Positions 27,354 through 37,656 of a stretch of 64,000 nucleotides of DNA are shown piece after piece (the first letter of the stretch is position 1; each line of letters begins with the position of its first letter). The translations under genes and the position numbers were made by a program. The DNA is from Alphaproteobacteria bacterium. GTDB lineage: Bacteria; Pseudomonadota; Alphaproteobacteria; CALKHQ01. A model generated the notes under the pieces. The model was not told where the DNA came from. It was given only the letters and a program-made list of their open reading frames with translations, and made no database searches. The stretch spans positions 2,176,001 to 2,240,000 of the forward strand of contig CBDDFZ010000001.1 of NCBI GenBank assembly GCA_965227515.1, in the 5' to 3' direction.

Positions 27354-30176
27354 CTATCCGTCAATGAGGCGTTGCCACCAGCCTTTGCGTCGGCTGCGGG
27401 GGCGGGCCGGCGGCGGCGGGGCATCGTCGCCGGAAGCGTTGTCGTCCCCGGCTTCGTCAACCTGGGGTTCCGCTTCTGACGCCACAGCGCCGTTGCCGCC
27501 GCTGCCATTGGCCTGGCCGGGGGCGTCCTGCTCCTCGCGGGGCGCATCCTCGGCAGGCGGAGTTTCGGCGGGCGCTGCAGCGGTCTCGGCTTTCTCCGTC
27601 TCGCTCGCTTTCGTCCGGCGGCGGCGGGTGCGCTTCGGCTTCGCCGCCTCGGCGTCTGCCGCGGCCGGTGCCTCGGTCTCACCGGTTTCAGGCGTTTCGG
27701 TCGTTTCGGGCGACGTCTCGGCTGCGGCTTCGGCAGTGTCTGCCGCGGTCGACCGGCGGCGCCGGCCCGAGGATTGGCGCGTGCGCCGCTTCGGACGCTC
27801 CGCCTTCTCCGGCGCGGCGTCCGCATCGGCAGCGGCCTCCGCAACCGTCTCGGCCGGTTCCGCATCTCCTGTGGCGGCCTCTTCCGCCGGTGCGGCGGCA
27901 TCGCTGGCGCTGTCGGCGGCCACTTGTTCGGCCGCCTCGTCCTGGGCTTCGCCGTCAACGGTGGCGGCGGTCGCGCCCGCCGTCACGGTGCTGTCGTCGT
28001 CCTGGCGCCGCCGCCGGCGTCCGCCCCGGCGACCCCGCCGCCGCCGCTGGCCGCCATCGCCATTGGCGGTCTCGCCGTCTTTCTCGTCAGAGGACGCGCG
28101 TGCGGGCGGGGCCTCGTCGTCCTGCGTCTCCGCGGACGTCTCCTGCCGCTCCTCGCTGGCCGCGTTCGCCGGCTGGTCGTCGCGCCGCCGCTTGCGCCGA
28201 CGGGAACGTCCGCGCTTGCTCTGGCGATCGCCATCCTCCTCGCCGACCTCCTCGGTCGACCGGTTGTCCTGAGACCGTGAGTCGCCGCCGCGAGAGTCCG
28301 CGCCGCGGGACTCGGACCGCCGCTGCCGGCCGCCCTGGCGCTCGTCCTGCTGGCTGCGCGGCCGCTCGATGCGATAGTCCGGCGCCACCAGGTCCGGGTC
28401 GATGCCGACCTGGACGGTGATGCCGTAGCGCGCCTCGATGTCCGCCACCGCGGGGCGCTTCTGGTTCAACAGGTAAAGCGCGACCTCGGTCGGCACCATG
28501 ATGACCAGGGCATCGGTCCGGCCGCGCTGGCCTTCCTCCTCGATGCCGCGCAGGGCCTGCAAGGCGCTGGATTCGACCGAGCGGATGTGGCCGGTGCCGC
28601 CGCAATGCGGGCAGGCGCGGCTGCTGGTCTCCAACAGGCTTGGGCGCAGCCGCTGGCGCGACATCTCGAGCAGGCCGAACGGGCTGATCCGGCCGATCTG
28701 GATGCGCGCGCGGTCGCCGCGCAGCGCTTCCTTCAGCTTGCGCTCCACCGCGATGTTGTTGCGGTGCTCGTCCATGTCGATGAAGTCGATGACGATCAGG
28801 CCGGCCAGGTCGCGCAACCGCAACTGCCGGGCCATTTCCTGGGCCGCTTCCAGGTTGGTCTTCAGCGCCGTCTCTTCAATGTGCCGCTCGCGGGTCGACC
28901 GGCCGGAGTTGACGTCGACGGAGACCAGCGCCTCGGTCGGCGTGATCACCAGATAGCCGCCCGACTTCAGCCGAACGGTATTGGAGTGGATCTCGTCGAG
29001 CTGGCTTTCCACCTGGTAGCGCTGGAACAGCGAGACGCCCTCGTCCTTGTAGGGCTGCACCCGCTTGGCGTGGCTCGGCATCATCATCCGCATGAACTGC
29101 TTGGCGGACTTGTAGCCCTCGTCGCCCTCGATGATCACCTCGTCGATATCGCGGGAATAGAGGTCGCGGATGGTGCGCTTGATCAGGTTGCCTTCTTCGT
29201 GGATCAGCGCGGGGGAAACCGATTCCAGCGTGGTCTGCCGGATCTGGTCCCACAGCCTGAGCAGGTACTCGTAGTCGCGGCGGATTTCCGCCTTGCTGCG
29301 CTGGGCGCCGGCGGTGCGGACGATGACGGCCATGCCGTCCGGGATCTCCATGTCGTCCATGATCACGCGCAGGCGCTTGCGGTCGGCGCCGTTGCTGATC
29401 TTGCGCGAGACGCCGCCACCGCGCGCGGTGTTCGGCATCAGCACGCAATAGCGGCCGGCCAGCGACAGGTAGGTGGTCAGCGCCGCACCCTTGTTGCCGC
29501 GCTCTTCCTTGGTGACCTGGACCAGCATGATCTGGCCGCGCTTGATGACTTCCTGGATCTTATAGTTGCGCAGGATGCGCTGGCGCATCCGCTGCTGCTC
29601 GATGTCGTCGTCATCACCGCCGCCGACCGTCTCGACCGACTCTTCCTCGTCGTCGTCGCTGTCGTCGTCGGGCGCCGCGGCCTCGGCTTCGGGCTCGGCG
29701 CCATCCGTTTCGTCCGCTTCGGAATCGGCCTCCGCCGTCGCCTCTATGGCGTCTTCGGCGGCATCCTCGGCCGCGTCGTCGCCATCGGCGGGCGCTTCGT
29801 CCTCGACCTCGTCGTCTGTTTCGGACGACTTGCTGGCCATGCCGGCGACCGGCTCGGCGGGCTCACCGGCAACCGCATTGGCCGGGGCCGATTTCGCCTC
29901 GGTGCCGAACAGTGCCTCGCGGTCCGCGACCGGAATGCGGAAATAGTCGGGGTGGATTTCGTTGAAGGCCAGGAAGCCATGGCGGTTGCCGCCATAGTCA
30001 ACGAAGGCCGCTTGCAGTGAGGGCTCTACCCGCGTGACCTTGGCGAGGTAGATGTTGCCCTTGTTCTGAACCTTATTCGAGGTCTCGTAGTCGAACTCGT
30101 CAAGGCGATTGCCACTGAGGATCACCACGCGGGTTTCCTCCGCGTGGGATGCATCTATGAGCATGCGTTTTGCCAT
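27354..30176 (-). CDS. rne: Ribonuclease E
   Basis: S1 KVTRVEPSLQAAFVDYG; DVNSGR; IVIDFIDM; CPHCGG Zn link; charged disordered CTD ending GWWQR. Confidence 0.97.
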   Translation of the reverse strand: MAKRMLIDASHAEETRVVILSGNRLDEFDYETSNKVQNKGNIYLAKVTRVEPSLQAAFVDYGGNRHGFLAFNEIHPDYFRIPVADREALFGTEAKSAPANAVAGEPAEPVAGMASKSSETDDEVEDEAPADGDDAAEDAAEDAIEATAEADSEADETDGAEPEAEAAAPDDDSDDDEEESVETVGGGDDDDIEQQRMRQRILRNYKIQEVIKRGQIMLVQVTKEERGNKGAALTTYLSLAGRYCVLMPNTARGGGVSRKISNGADRKRLRVIMDDMEIPDGMAVIVRTAGAQRSKAEIRRDYEYLLRLWDQIRQTTLESVSPALIHEEGNLIKRTIRDLYSRDIDEVIIEGDEGYKSAKQFMRMMMPSHAKRVQPYKDEGVSLFQRYQVESQLDEIHSNTVRLKSGGYLVITPTEALVSVDVNSGRSTRERHIEETALKTNLEAAQEMARQLRLRDLAGLIVIDFIDMDEHRNNIAVERKLKEALRGDRARIQIGRISPFGLLEMSRQRLRPSLLETSSRACPHCGGTGHIRSVESSALQALRGIEEEGQRGRTDALVIMVPTEVALYLLNQKRPAVADIEARYGITVQVGIDPDLVAPDYRIERPRSQQDERQGGRQRRSESRGADSRGGDSRSQDNRSTEEVGEEDGDRQSKRGRSRRRKRRRDDQPANAASEERQETSAETQDDEAPPARASSDEKDGETANGDGGQRRRRGRRGGRRRRRQDDDSTVTAGATAATVDGEAQDEAAEQVAADSASDAAAPAEEAATGDAEPAETVAEAAADADAAPEKAERPKRRTRQSSGRRRRSTAADTAEAAAETSPETTETPETGETEAPAAADAEAAKPKRTRRRRTKASETEKAETAAAPAETPPAEDAPREEQDAPGQANGSGGNGAVASEAEPQVDEAGDDNASGDDAPPPPARPRSRRKGWWQRLIDG

Positions 30177-30787
30177 TTAGGCGTAACTCCGGACGCGCTG
30201 CGCCAGTCCATTCCGGGCGCGCGTCAATAGGTTGTGAGGGGTGTCCGTGACGTGTTTCGGGGGATCGCACGGACGAATGGGGGTGCCAGCTCATTCGGCG
30301 CAGCTCTGCGCCTGCGGGCACCTGTGGGGTCGGAGCACAATCATAGGTCTGGACGCTGAAACGGTATGTTTCAATTGCAGACCGGGCCATTGTCCATCCA
30401 TGTTGTTCGATGCGCCGACCAATGATCCTGGTCGATCAAATTTGGGCTGCGTTGCCGAACGCGGCGCTGTGGCCGTGCCGACATCGGCTCAAGAGAACTT
30501 GCCTCTCTTGCAACGACCGATGCCGCTAAATCCGCTAAGGGTCTATGTCTGGCAGCGATTAAACATATGCCACCGTAAAGGGTGGGACACGCAATCACGC
30601 AGTTCCAGCACTTAAGATAAGGTTTGTTGCCGTACTCAAACAACAAAAAACTTTGCGATCACAATGGGAACGGGGTGTTGCGGCGGTGAATGGTGGCCAG
30701 CTACAAGCGCGCGGCGGTCGAATGACAGGGTTCGAATCGGTGTTTGGCGTAGTGATGGCAAGGCGCGGCACGGCAAGGCGAGGCCCG

Positions 30788-32068
30788 ATGAGGCCACTGG
30801 CACTCCTGGCACTGGCCGGCTCGTTCCTATGTGTGCCGGCGATGGCGCTTGCGCAAGGTCCGCTGCCCGATGACCCGGGCCCGATAGCCGGCGAGACGGT
30901 ACCGCCGGACGACGCACCGGCCGCGCAAACCCACATCCTTGGCGCGCGCGTCGGCCTGCTGCCCGATGCTACGCAAGTGGTGCTCGACGTATCCGCGCCG
31001 GCGGAAGCCAATGTCTTGCTGCTGGCCGATCCCTATCGGCTGGCCATCGACCTGCCGCGGGTCTCCTGGTCCCTGAGCCCGGGCGGCGAGGTCGAGCTCG
31101 GCGCCGTCGACCGGTATCGCGCCGGCCTGATGACCGAGGAGCGTTTTCGCATCGTGCTGGACCTGAACCGGCCGGTGCGGGTGGAAGGCCCGGAACTGAT
31201 ACCGGCGGTTGGCGACAAGCCGCAGCGCCTGGTGTTCGAGCTTTACGACACCGACCATGACGACTTCATGGCCGTCATCGCGGCGCAGACCGCCGTGCTG
31301 CCCGAGACCGGCGAGGGCGCCCGGGCCGTGAGTGCCGCCGATGACGGCCGGCCGCTGATCATCATCGACCCCGGTCATGGCGGGGTCGACCCGGGCGCCA
31401 ACCGCGGCCGCATCCTGGAAAAGGACATCGTGCTGGCGGCCGCGCTGACGCTGCGGGACCGCCTGGAGGCGAGCGGGCAGTATCGGGTGCTGCTGACCCG
31501 CGAGACCGACGTGTTCATTCCGCTGGCCGTGCGCGCGGCGCTGGCGACCGCGCTGTCGGCGGACCTGTTCATCTCGCTGCACGCTGACGCCTATCACACC
31601 ACCGCCGCGCGCGGCGCCTCGGTCTACACGTTGTCGACGGTGGCGTCCGATGCCGAGGCGCGGGCGCTGGCGGAGCGCGAGAACCGGTCCGACATCCTGG
31701 CCGGTGTCGGCTACCAGGGTGGCGACGACGTCGTCGGGCGCATCCTGTTCGACCTGATGATGGACGTGACCGCGCGCGACTCGATAGGTCTGGCCGAGAC
31801 CATGCTGGACGAGTTCGCCGCCGTGACCGACCTGCTGGAGAACCCGCACCGCTATGCCGGGTTCGCGGTGCTGAAGACCGCCGGCACGCCGGCGTTGCTG
31901 GTGGAGTTGGGCTATGTGTCGAACCCCAGCGACGCGGCGCGGCTGAACGAGGCCGACTACCGCGACGTGCTGGTCGGCGCCATGGTCCGCGCCATCGACG
32001 GCTATTTCGCGGCGCCGGGCGAAGCGGCGGAAAGCGAACCGGTCGAGCCGGACCTGGAGGATGGGTAG
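30788..32068 (+). CDS. amiC: N-acetylmuramoyl-L-alanine amidase (AMIN + Amidase_3, AmiC-like; start uncertain)
   Basis: PYRLAIDL; IIIDPGHGGVDPGA, EK, FISLHAD, LVELGY; divergent from rne, upstream of PBP1A. Confidence 0.9.
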   Translation: MRPLALLALAGSFLCVPAMALAQGPLPDDPGPIAGETVPPDDAPAAQTHILGARVGLLPDATQVVLDVSAPAEANVLLLADPYRLAIDLPRVSWSLSPGGEVELGAVDRYRAGLMTEERFRIVLDLNRPVRVEGPELIPAVGDKPQRLVFELYDTDHDDFMAVIAAQTAVLPETGEGARAVSAADDGRPLIIIDPGHGGVDPGANRGRILEKDIVLAAALTLRDRLEASGQYRVLLTRETDVFIPLAVRAALATALSADLFISLHADAYHTTAARGASVYTLSTVASDAEARALAERENRSDILAGVGYQGGDDVVGRILFDLMMDVTARDSIGLAETMLDEFAAVTDLLENPHRYAGFAVLKTAGTPALLVELGYVSNPSDAARLNEADYRDVLVGAMVRAIDGYFAAPGEAAESEPVEPDLEDG

Positions 32069-32251
32069 CTGCACTGCAGCGAAACCATCGTGGAAAGCGA
32101 AAGCGCACGGTCCTATTATGGCCACAGTTGCGCGTCGGTCTGGGACCGGGCATTGGTTCGCCAGGATGCGGCGGCCAGCAAACAACGGACCGAAGGCGGC
32201 TCGTTGAGCGCCTGCAAATGTTCTTAGAGATAACAAGAGGCGACGGCTGAC

Positions 32252-34780
32252 ATGCGTGTGCTGCGCTGGATTGTGGGATTGTTCGCGACGTTCGCCCTGT
32301 TGGGGCTGATCGGCGCGGTGACGGTGGTCTGGTACTACAGCCGGGACCTGCCCGATGCCAGCCAGCTGGCAACCTACGAGCCGCCGGTCGTGACCCGCAT
32401 CTATGCCGGCGACGGACAGTTGCTGCGCGAGCTGGCGCTGGAAGGCAACCGGCGCACCTTCGTGCCGGTGGAGCAGATTCCCGAGCTGGTGAAGAACGCC
32501 TTCATCGCGGCTGAGGACCAGCGTTTCCGCGAGCATTCCGGCGTCGACTTCATGGGCGTGATCCGCGCCATCCAGCAGAACCTGCAGAACTACGGTTCCG
32601 GGCAGCGGCTGATCGGTGCGTCGACCATCACCCAGCAGGTGGCGAAGAACTTCCTGACCGGCGACGAGGACTCGATCGAGCGCAAGATCCGCGAGGCGCT
32701 GCTGGCGTTCCGCATCGAGGAGTATTTCTCCAAGGACCACATCCTCGAGCTCTACCTGAACGAGATCTATTTTGGCCGCCGCAGCTCCGGCGTGGCGGCG
32801 GCGGCGCTGAACTATTTCGGCAAGTCGCTGAACGAGCTGACGGCGGGCGAGGCGGCCTATCTGGCCGGCATCATCAAGGGGCCGGAGAACTATCGCCCCG
32901 ACCGCTACATGGACGCAGCGCTCGAACGCCGGGACTATGTGCTCGGCCGCATGCTGGAGGACGGCTACATCACTGGCGCCGAGGCCCAGGTTGCGATCGA
33001 CGCGCCGCTGGTGGTGGTGGACCGCGACCCGTCGGCCGATGTGCCCGCCGGCTATTTCGCGGAGGAGGTGCGGCGCGAGCTGGTGGCCCGGTTCGCGGCC
33101 GAGGGCGGGGCGGAGTACGTCAACGCCGCCGGCCTTTCCGTGCGCACGACGCTCGATCCCTACTACCAGGAACTGGCCCACGCCGCCCTGCGCACCGGCT
33201 TGCTGGAGTATGACCGCCGCCACGGCTATCGCGGCCCGATCGCGCAACTGGAGAATTTCGACAACTGGCCGGCGCAGCTTGCCGAGATCGGCACGCCGGA
33301 CGGTGCCGGCGACTGGCGGCTGGCGGTGGTGCTGGAGATCAACGACGAGGTCGCCGACCTCGGGTTCCTGAACCGCGAGCGCGGCCTGATCGGCATGCCG
33401 GGCGTGGACTGGGCGGCACCCACGCTGGAGAACCAGCGCGTGGGCAACGCACCCAGCCGGGTCACCCAGGTGCTGGAAAAGGGCGACGTGATCCTGGTGT
33501 CGCCGCGCGACCCGGAGGCCGCGGCCGCCTATGCCGAGGCGTTCGTGGACTATCGCGCGGCACTGGCCGAGGCCGGCGAGGACGAGGAAGTGCCCGCGCC
33601 CGAGCCGCCGGCCTACAAGCTGGAGCAGATTCCGAATGTCGGCGGCGGCATCGTCGTGATGGACCCGCATACCGGCCGCGTGCTCGCCATGTCCGGCGGC
33701 TACGACTACGAGATGAGCGAGTTCAACCGGGCGACCCAGGCGATGCGCCAGCCCGGCTCTTCATTCAAGCCGTTCGTCTATCTGGCAGCACTCGACGACG
33801 GCTTCACGCCGGCCTCGATCGTGCTCGACGCGCCGTTCGTGCTCGACCTCGGGCCCGGCGCGGCGGACTACCGGCCGGAAAACTATAACGGCCAGTTCTA
33901 CGGGCCGCTGCCGTTGCGCGTCGGCCTGGAGCGCTCGCTGAACCTGATGACGGTGCGGCTGGCTTATACGGTCGGTCTCGACCGGATCACCGACTACGCG
34001 CGTGTCTTCGGCATCGACGAGAACATGGAGCCGTTCATGTCGATGGCGCTGGGCGCGGGCGAGACCACGGTGGCGCGTCTGGTCGGTGCCTATTCGCAGC
34101 TCGTCAACGGCGGGCGCTATGTGACCCCGACCCTGATCGACCGCATCCAGGACCGCTATGGCCACACGCTGCCGGGCTCGCGCCAGGATACCCGCGTGTG
34201 CGGCGCCTGCCGGGCGGACACCTACGAAGGCCAGGAGATGCCGCTGCTGCCGGACGGCCGGGCGCAGATCGCCGATTCCCGGACCACGTTCCAGGTCGTG
34301 CATATGCTGCAGGGCGTGGTGCAGCGGGGCACGGCGAGCCGCCTTGGCCAGGCCCTGCCTGGCGTGCCGATGGGTGGCAAGACCGGCACCACCGACAATG
34401 GCTATGACGCCTGGTTCGTCGGTTTCACGCCCGACCTGGTGGTGGGCGCCTATGTCGGCTTCGACCAGCCGCGCACGCTGGGGCCCGGCGAGGCCGGCGG
34501 CCGCACCGCGCTGCCGGTGGTGCGCGAGTTCCTGGTCGCCGCGCTGGACGGCCAGGCCCATCCCGACTTCCGGCCGCCGCAGGGGCTGAACTTCGTGCCG
34601 GTGGACCGCGCGACCGGCCTGCGTGTCGATGGCGGCGGCGACGTCGTCTACGAGGCGTTCATCCCCGGCACCGAGCCGACGGATACCCATCATGCGCCGC
34701 GCAGCGCGGTGGTCGAGGTGTCCGCGTCCGGGCCGCCGTCGGCCGAGCAGATCGAGACCGGGACGGGCGGGCTTTATTGA
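32252..34780 (+). CDS. mrcA: Penicillin-binding protein 1A
   Basis: AEDQRF, GASTITQQVAKN, RKIRE, YLNEIYFG; SSFK (SxxK), SLN, KTGT. Confidence 0.95.
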   Translation: MRVLRWIVGLFATFALLGLIGAVTVVWYYSRDLPDASQLATYEPPVVTRIYAGDGQLLRELALEGNRRTFVPVEQIPELVKNAFIAAEDQRFREHSGVDFMGVIRAIQQNLQNYGSGQRLIGASTITQQVAKNFLTGDEDSIERKIREALLAFRIEEYFSKDHILELYLNEIYFGRRSSGVAAAALNYFGKSLNELTAGEAAYLAGIIKGPENYRPDRYMDAALERRDYVLGRMLEDGYITGAEAQVAIDAPLVVVDRDPSADVPAGYFAEEVRRELVARFAAEGGAEYVNAAGLSVRTTLDPYYQELAHAALRTGLLEYDRRHGYRGPIAQLENFDNWPAQLAEIGTPDGAGDWRLAVVLEINDEVADLGFLNRERGLIGMPGVDWAAPTLENQRVGNAPSRVTQVLEKGDVILVSPRDPEAAAAYAEAFVDYRAALAEAGEDEEVPAPEPPAYKLEQIPNVGGGIVVMDPHTGRVLAMSGGYDYEMSEFNRATQAMRQPGSSFKPFVYLAALDDGFTPASIVLDAPFVLDLGPGAADYRPENYNGQFYGPLPLRVGLERSLNLMTVRLAYTVGLDRITDYARVFGIDENMEPFMSMALGAGETTVARLVGAYSQLVNGGRYVTPTLIDRIQDRYGHTLPGSRQDTRVCGACRADTYEGQEMPLLPDGRAQIADSRTTFQVVHMLQGVVQRGTASRLGQALPGVPMGGKTGTTDNGYDAWFVGFTPDLVVGAYVGFDQPRTLGPGEAGGRTALPVVREFLVAALDGQAHPDFRPPQGLNFVPVDRATGLRVDGGGDVVYEAFIPGTEPTDTHHAPRSAVVEVSASGPPSAEQIETGTGGLY

Positions 34781-35574
34781 CCCCGACGTCATCGTTGTCG
34801 GTGCCCGCAACGCTCGATCCGCGCTTCAGCCTGGTCGAGAAGGCCGCGACCCTCAGCACCAATGACGACGCCCGCGCCCTGGCGCAGGACGGCGCCGCGC
34901 ACCTGACGGTCGTGCGCGCCGACGAGCAGGGTGCGGGACGCGGTCGTGGCGGCCGGGCCTGGTCGTCGCCGCCCGGCAATGTGTACAGCTCCATCCTGCT
35001 CAGGCCGCAACCGTCCTGGCCCACGGTACTGAACCTGCCGTTCGTCACCGCGCTGGCCATCGTCGATGCCGCGCGCGGTTTCCTGGGCGGTTCCGACGCG
35101 CAGGTGCGGACGAAATGGCCCAATGACGTGCTGATCGATGGAGCCAAGGTCTCCGGCGTGCTGCTGGAGGCGGGGCCGGCCATCCGCAATGGCGGCTTCG
35201 AGTGGATCATCATCGGCGCCGGCATCAATGTCGGTTTCGCGCCGGCGCTGCCCGATCGCCCAGCCGCCGCTCTGGCGGATCTGTGCACCCCGCCGCCGTC
35301 GGTCGATGCGGTGTTCACCGCCTATTGCAACGCATTCGCCGCCGGGCTGGACCAATGGCTGGCCGAGGGGTTTCAGCCCGTACGCGCACGCTTCGTCGCA
35401 CACTCGGTCGGCATCGGCGCGCCGATCACGGTTCGCGCCGGTCCCGGTGGCGGCGCCATTGCCGGGCGGATGCGCGACATCGACGGCGCGGGCGCGCTGC
35501 TGCTGGAACTCAGCGACGGCACGGTCAAGACGCTGACCACGGGGGATGTGTTTCTGGGTGAGGCTGGCGGTTGA
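34777..35574 (+). CDS. birA: Biotin--[acetyl-CoA carboxylase] ligase (no HTH)
   Basis: STND, QGAGRGRGGRAWSSP, KWPNDVL, KVSGVLLE, GAGIN. Confidence 0.92.
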   Translation: MTPTSSLSVPATLDPRFSLVEKAATLSTNDDARALAQDGAAHLTVVRADEQGAGRGRGGRAWSSPPGNVYSSILLRPQPSWPTVLNLPFVTALAIVDAARGFLGGSDAQVRTKWPNDVLIDGAKVSGVLLEAGPAIRNGGFEWIIIGAGINVGFAPALPDRPAAALADLCTPPPSVDAVFTAYCNAFAAGLDQWLAEGFQPVRARFVAHSVGIGAPITVRAGPGGGAIAGRMRDIDGAGALLLELSDGTVKTLTTGDVFLGEAGG

Positions 35575-35672
35575 GCGCGTCCTGGACGACCGTGTGTTAC
35601 GGGGCCATGGGACCGCCATTCATTCGAACAGCATTGGGCCTACGATGATCCCGCCGCGCGCCGGATTGCTGG

Positions 35673-35718
35673 TTAACACTTTGTCAACGATTCGGCCGGT
35701 ACGGTAACCGGGCATTAA
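35673..35718. promoter_or_regulatory. Two CtrA-box-like sites (TTAA-N7-TTAA, one mismatch each)
   Basis: TTAA-CACTTTG-TCAA at 35673-35687; GTAA-CCGGGCA-TTAA(C) at 35704-35718. Confidence 0.5.
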
Positions 35719-35974
35719 CAGAGATGAATCCAGCGCAGCCCATTGATGGGGGCAATTTAGCAGGCTGGGATTGCGCCGCGCTGCGGGCGCATAGGGCGGG
35801 CAACCTGCAAGGCAGGCGGTTGCATCGGCCAAAGTTACCCGCGGCTTGACGAGGTCTTACTGCCCGGTGCGATGAGATGACGTTGATGCCACATACGGTT
35901 GCGATCTGCCGGAAGGACACGGCGCCGCGCTGCTTGCGCGTGGGTGTGCTCGTGATCTTGCGCATGGTGTCGCC

Positions 35975-37597
35975 ATGAGCTCTGCAGGCGAACCCGTCTC
36001 CCAAAGCGGCGCTGGCATTCGGCTGATGGCGCCATTGGACGATGCCGTCCCGCCGACCATGGTGGCCAACGCACTGTCGTGCCTGTTGATCGGCGGCAGT
36101 GCCGAGATGGCGGCGATGCTCGAGGCCAGGCTGAAATCCTCCGCGCCGCGCGCCGTCGAGTTTCGCCACACGGGCGATGTCGAGGCATGCATTGCCGAAC
36201 TGCATCGCGGGTTTCCGAATGTCATCTTCCTGGTGCCGCAGGCAGGCGGCGATGCTGCGCTGGACGATCTGGGCCGGGTGACGCGCGTGGCGTCGGTCGT
36301 GCCGGTCGTGGTTCTGACGGAATCGCAGACGCCCGATGTCGCTGTCAGAATGGTGGCGCTGGGCGCACAGGACGTGGTGGATGCGGCGGGGCTGCAGCGA
36401 GAGAACCTGTATCGCATCGCGCAATACGCCATCGAGCGCCACGAGCTGCGGCGCGCCCTGCACGTGCACCTGCAGGAGTTGGAGTGTACGCAGCAGCGGT
36501 TCCATAGCCTGATCGCCGACAATGCCGACGCCATCCTGATCGTCGACGAGAACGGTCGTGTGAAGTTCGCCAACCCGGCGGCCGAGGCGCTGTTGCGCAA
36601 GCCGGCGCACACCATGCTGAACGATCGCTTTCACCTGCCCGCCGACAGCCAGGATGAGCCGGAGATCGAGATCGTGCGCGATGACGGCAGCCGTGTCGTG
36701 GTTTCGATGCGCTTCATGCGGACACTGTGGGACGGGCGGACGGCCTACATTGCCACCTTGCGCGACGTCAGTGAGCGCAAGCGGGCGGAGCGGTCGCTGG
36801 AGGTCGCGAAGCGGCGCGCCGAGGACGCCAACCGGCTGAAGACCCAGTTCCTGGCGAACATGAGCCACGAGCTGCGCACGCCGCTGAATTCCATCCTGGG
36901 CTTCTCCGAACTCATGGACCTGGGCATCCATGGCGATCTGGGACACGACCGCTACCACGACTACATTCAGAACATCCGTCAGTCGGGCACCCATTTGCTG
37001 TCGCTGATCAATGACTTGCTCGATCTGTCGAAGGTCGAAGCCGGCAAGTTCGAGTTGATCGAGAGCCGGTTCGCCATCGCCGAATCCATCGAAAGCATCG
37101 TGGAGTCGCTGCGGCCGAAGCTGGTGGAAGCGCAGCTGGACATCACCGTCGACGTCGGGGCGCCGGACCTGCGCGTCATTGCCGACCAGCGGCAGGTGAA
37201 GCAGATCCTGCTCAACTTGCTGTCGAACGCCATCAAATTCACGCCGGCGGGTGGATCGATCACGGTGGACTGCCGGCTGCAGGAGACTGGCGAGCTTGCG
37301 ATCAGCGTGGCCGATACCGGCATCGGCATTCCCGATTCCGCGTTCTCCAAGGCGCTGGCCGCGTTCGGTCAGGTCGACCATGCCTTCTCCAGCAACAAGG
37401 GCGAGGGCACCGGTCTTGGCCTGACGCTTTGCCGCCGGATGGCCGAGTTGCACGGGGGCCGGCTGAGGCTGGCCAGCAAGGAAGGCGAAGGCACGACCGT
37501 CACGGTGACCCTGCCGCGGCGCCGCGTGCTGGGCCAGGAGCTCGGCCAGCAGGAACGCCGGCAACGGCGGCGCATGGCGGCGGGCGCGCACGCCTGA
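35975..37597 (+). CDS. Cytoplasmic histidine kinase: degenerate REC + PAS + HisKA/HATPase (PleC/DivJ-like core)
   Basis: FLANMSHELRTPLNSILGFSE, LNLLSNAIKFT, DTGIGI, GTGLGL; PAS DAILIVDENGRVKFANPAAE. Confidence 0.9.
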   Translation: MSSAGEPVSQSGAGIRLMAPLDDAVPPTMVANALSCLLIGGSAEMAAMLEARLKSSAPRAVEFRHTGDVEACIAELHRGFPNVIFLVPQAGGDAALDDLGRVTRVASVVPVVVLTESQTPDVAVRMVALGAQDVVDAAGLQRENLYRIAQYAIERHELRRALHVHLQELECTQQRFHSLIADNADAILIVDENGRVKFANPAAEALLRKPAHTMLNDRFHLPADSQDEPEIEIVRDDGSRVVVSMRFMRTLWDGRTAYIATLRDVSERKRAERSLEVAKRRAEDANRLKTQFLANMSHELRTPLNSILGFSELMDLGIHGDLGHDRYHDYIQNIRQSGTHLLSLINDLLDLSKVEAGKFELIESRFAIAESIESIVESLRPKLVEAQLDITVDVGAPDLRVIADQRQVKQILLNLLSNAIKFTPAGGSITVDCRLQETGELAISVADTGIGIPDSAFSKALAAFGQVDHAFSSNKGEGTGLGLTLCRRMAELHGGRLRLASKEGEGTTVTVTLPRRRVLGQELGQQERRQRRRMAAGAHA

Positions 37598-37656
37598 TCG
37601 CCGTTCCGATACGCCGTGCTATCCTCCCTGCCGCGTGCGCGCAGGCGGGGGAGGGG

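Noticed and set aside
30241-30646. Small ORFs in the rne-amiC intergenic region
   Set aside because: No RBS or recognisable motifs; more likely divergent promoters and the rne leader.
30827-33670. Long antisense/overlapping ORFs (also 1610-3565, 3627-5870, 24043-26403, 35684-37591)
   Set aside because: Shadow frames of well-supported genes, as expected in high-GC DNA; no motifs.
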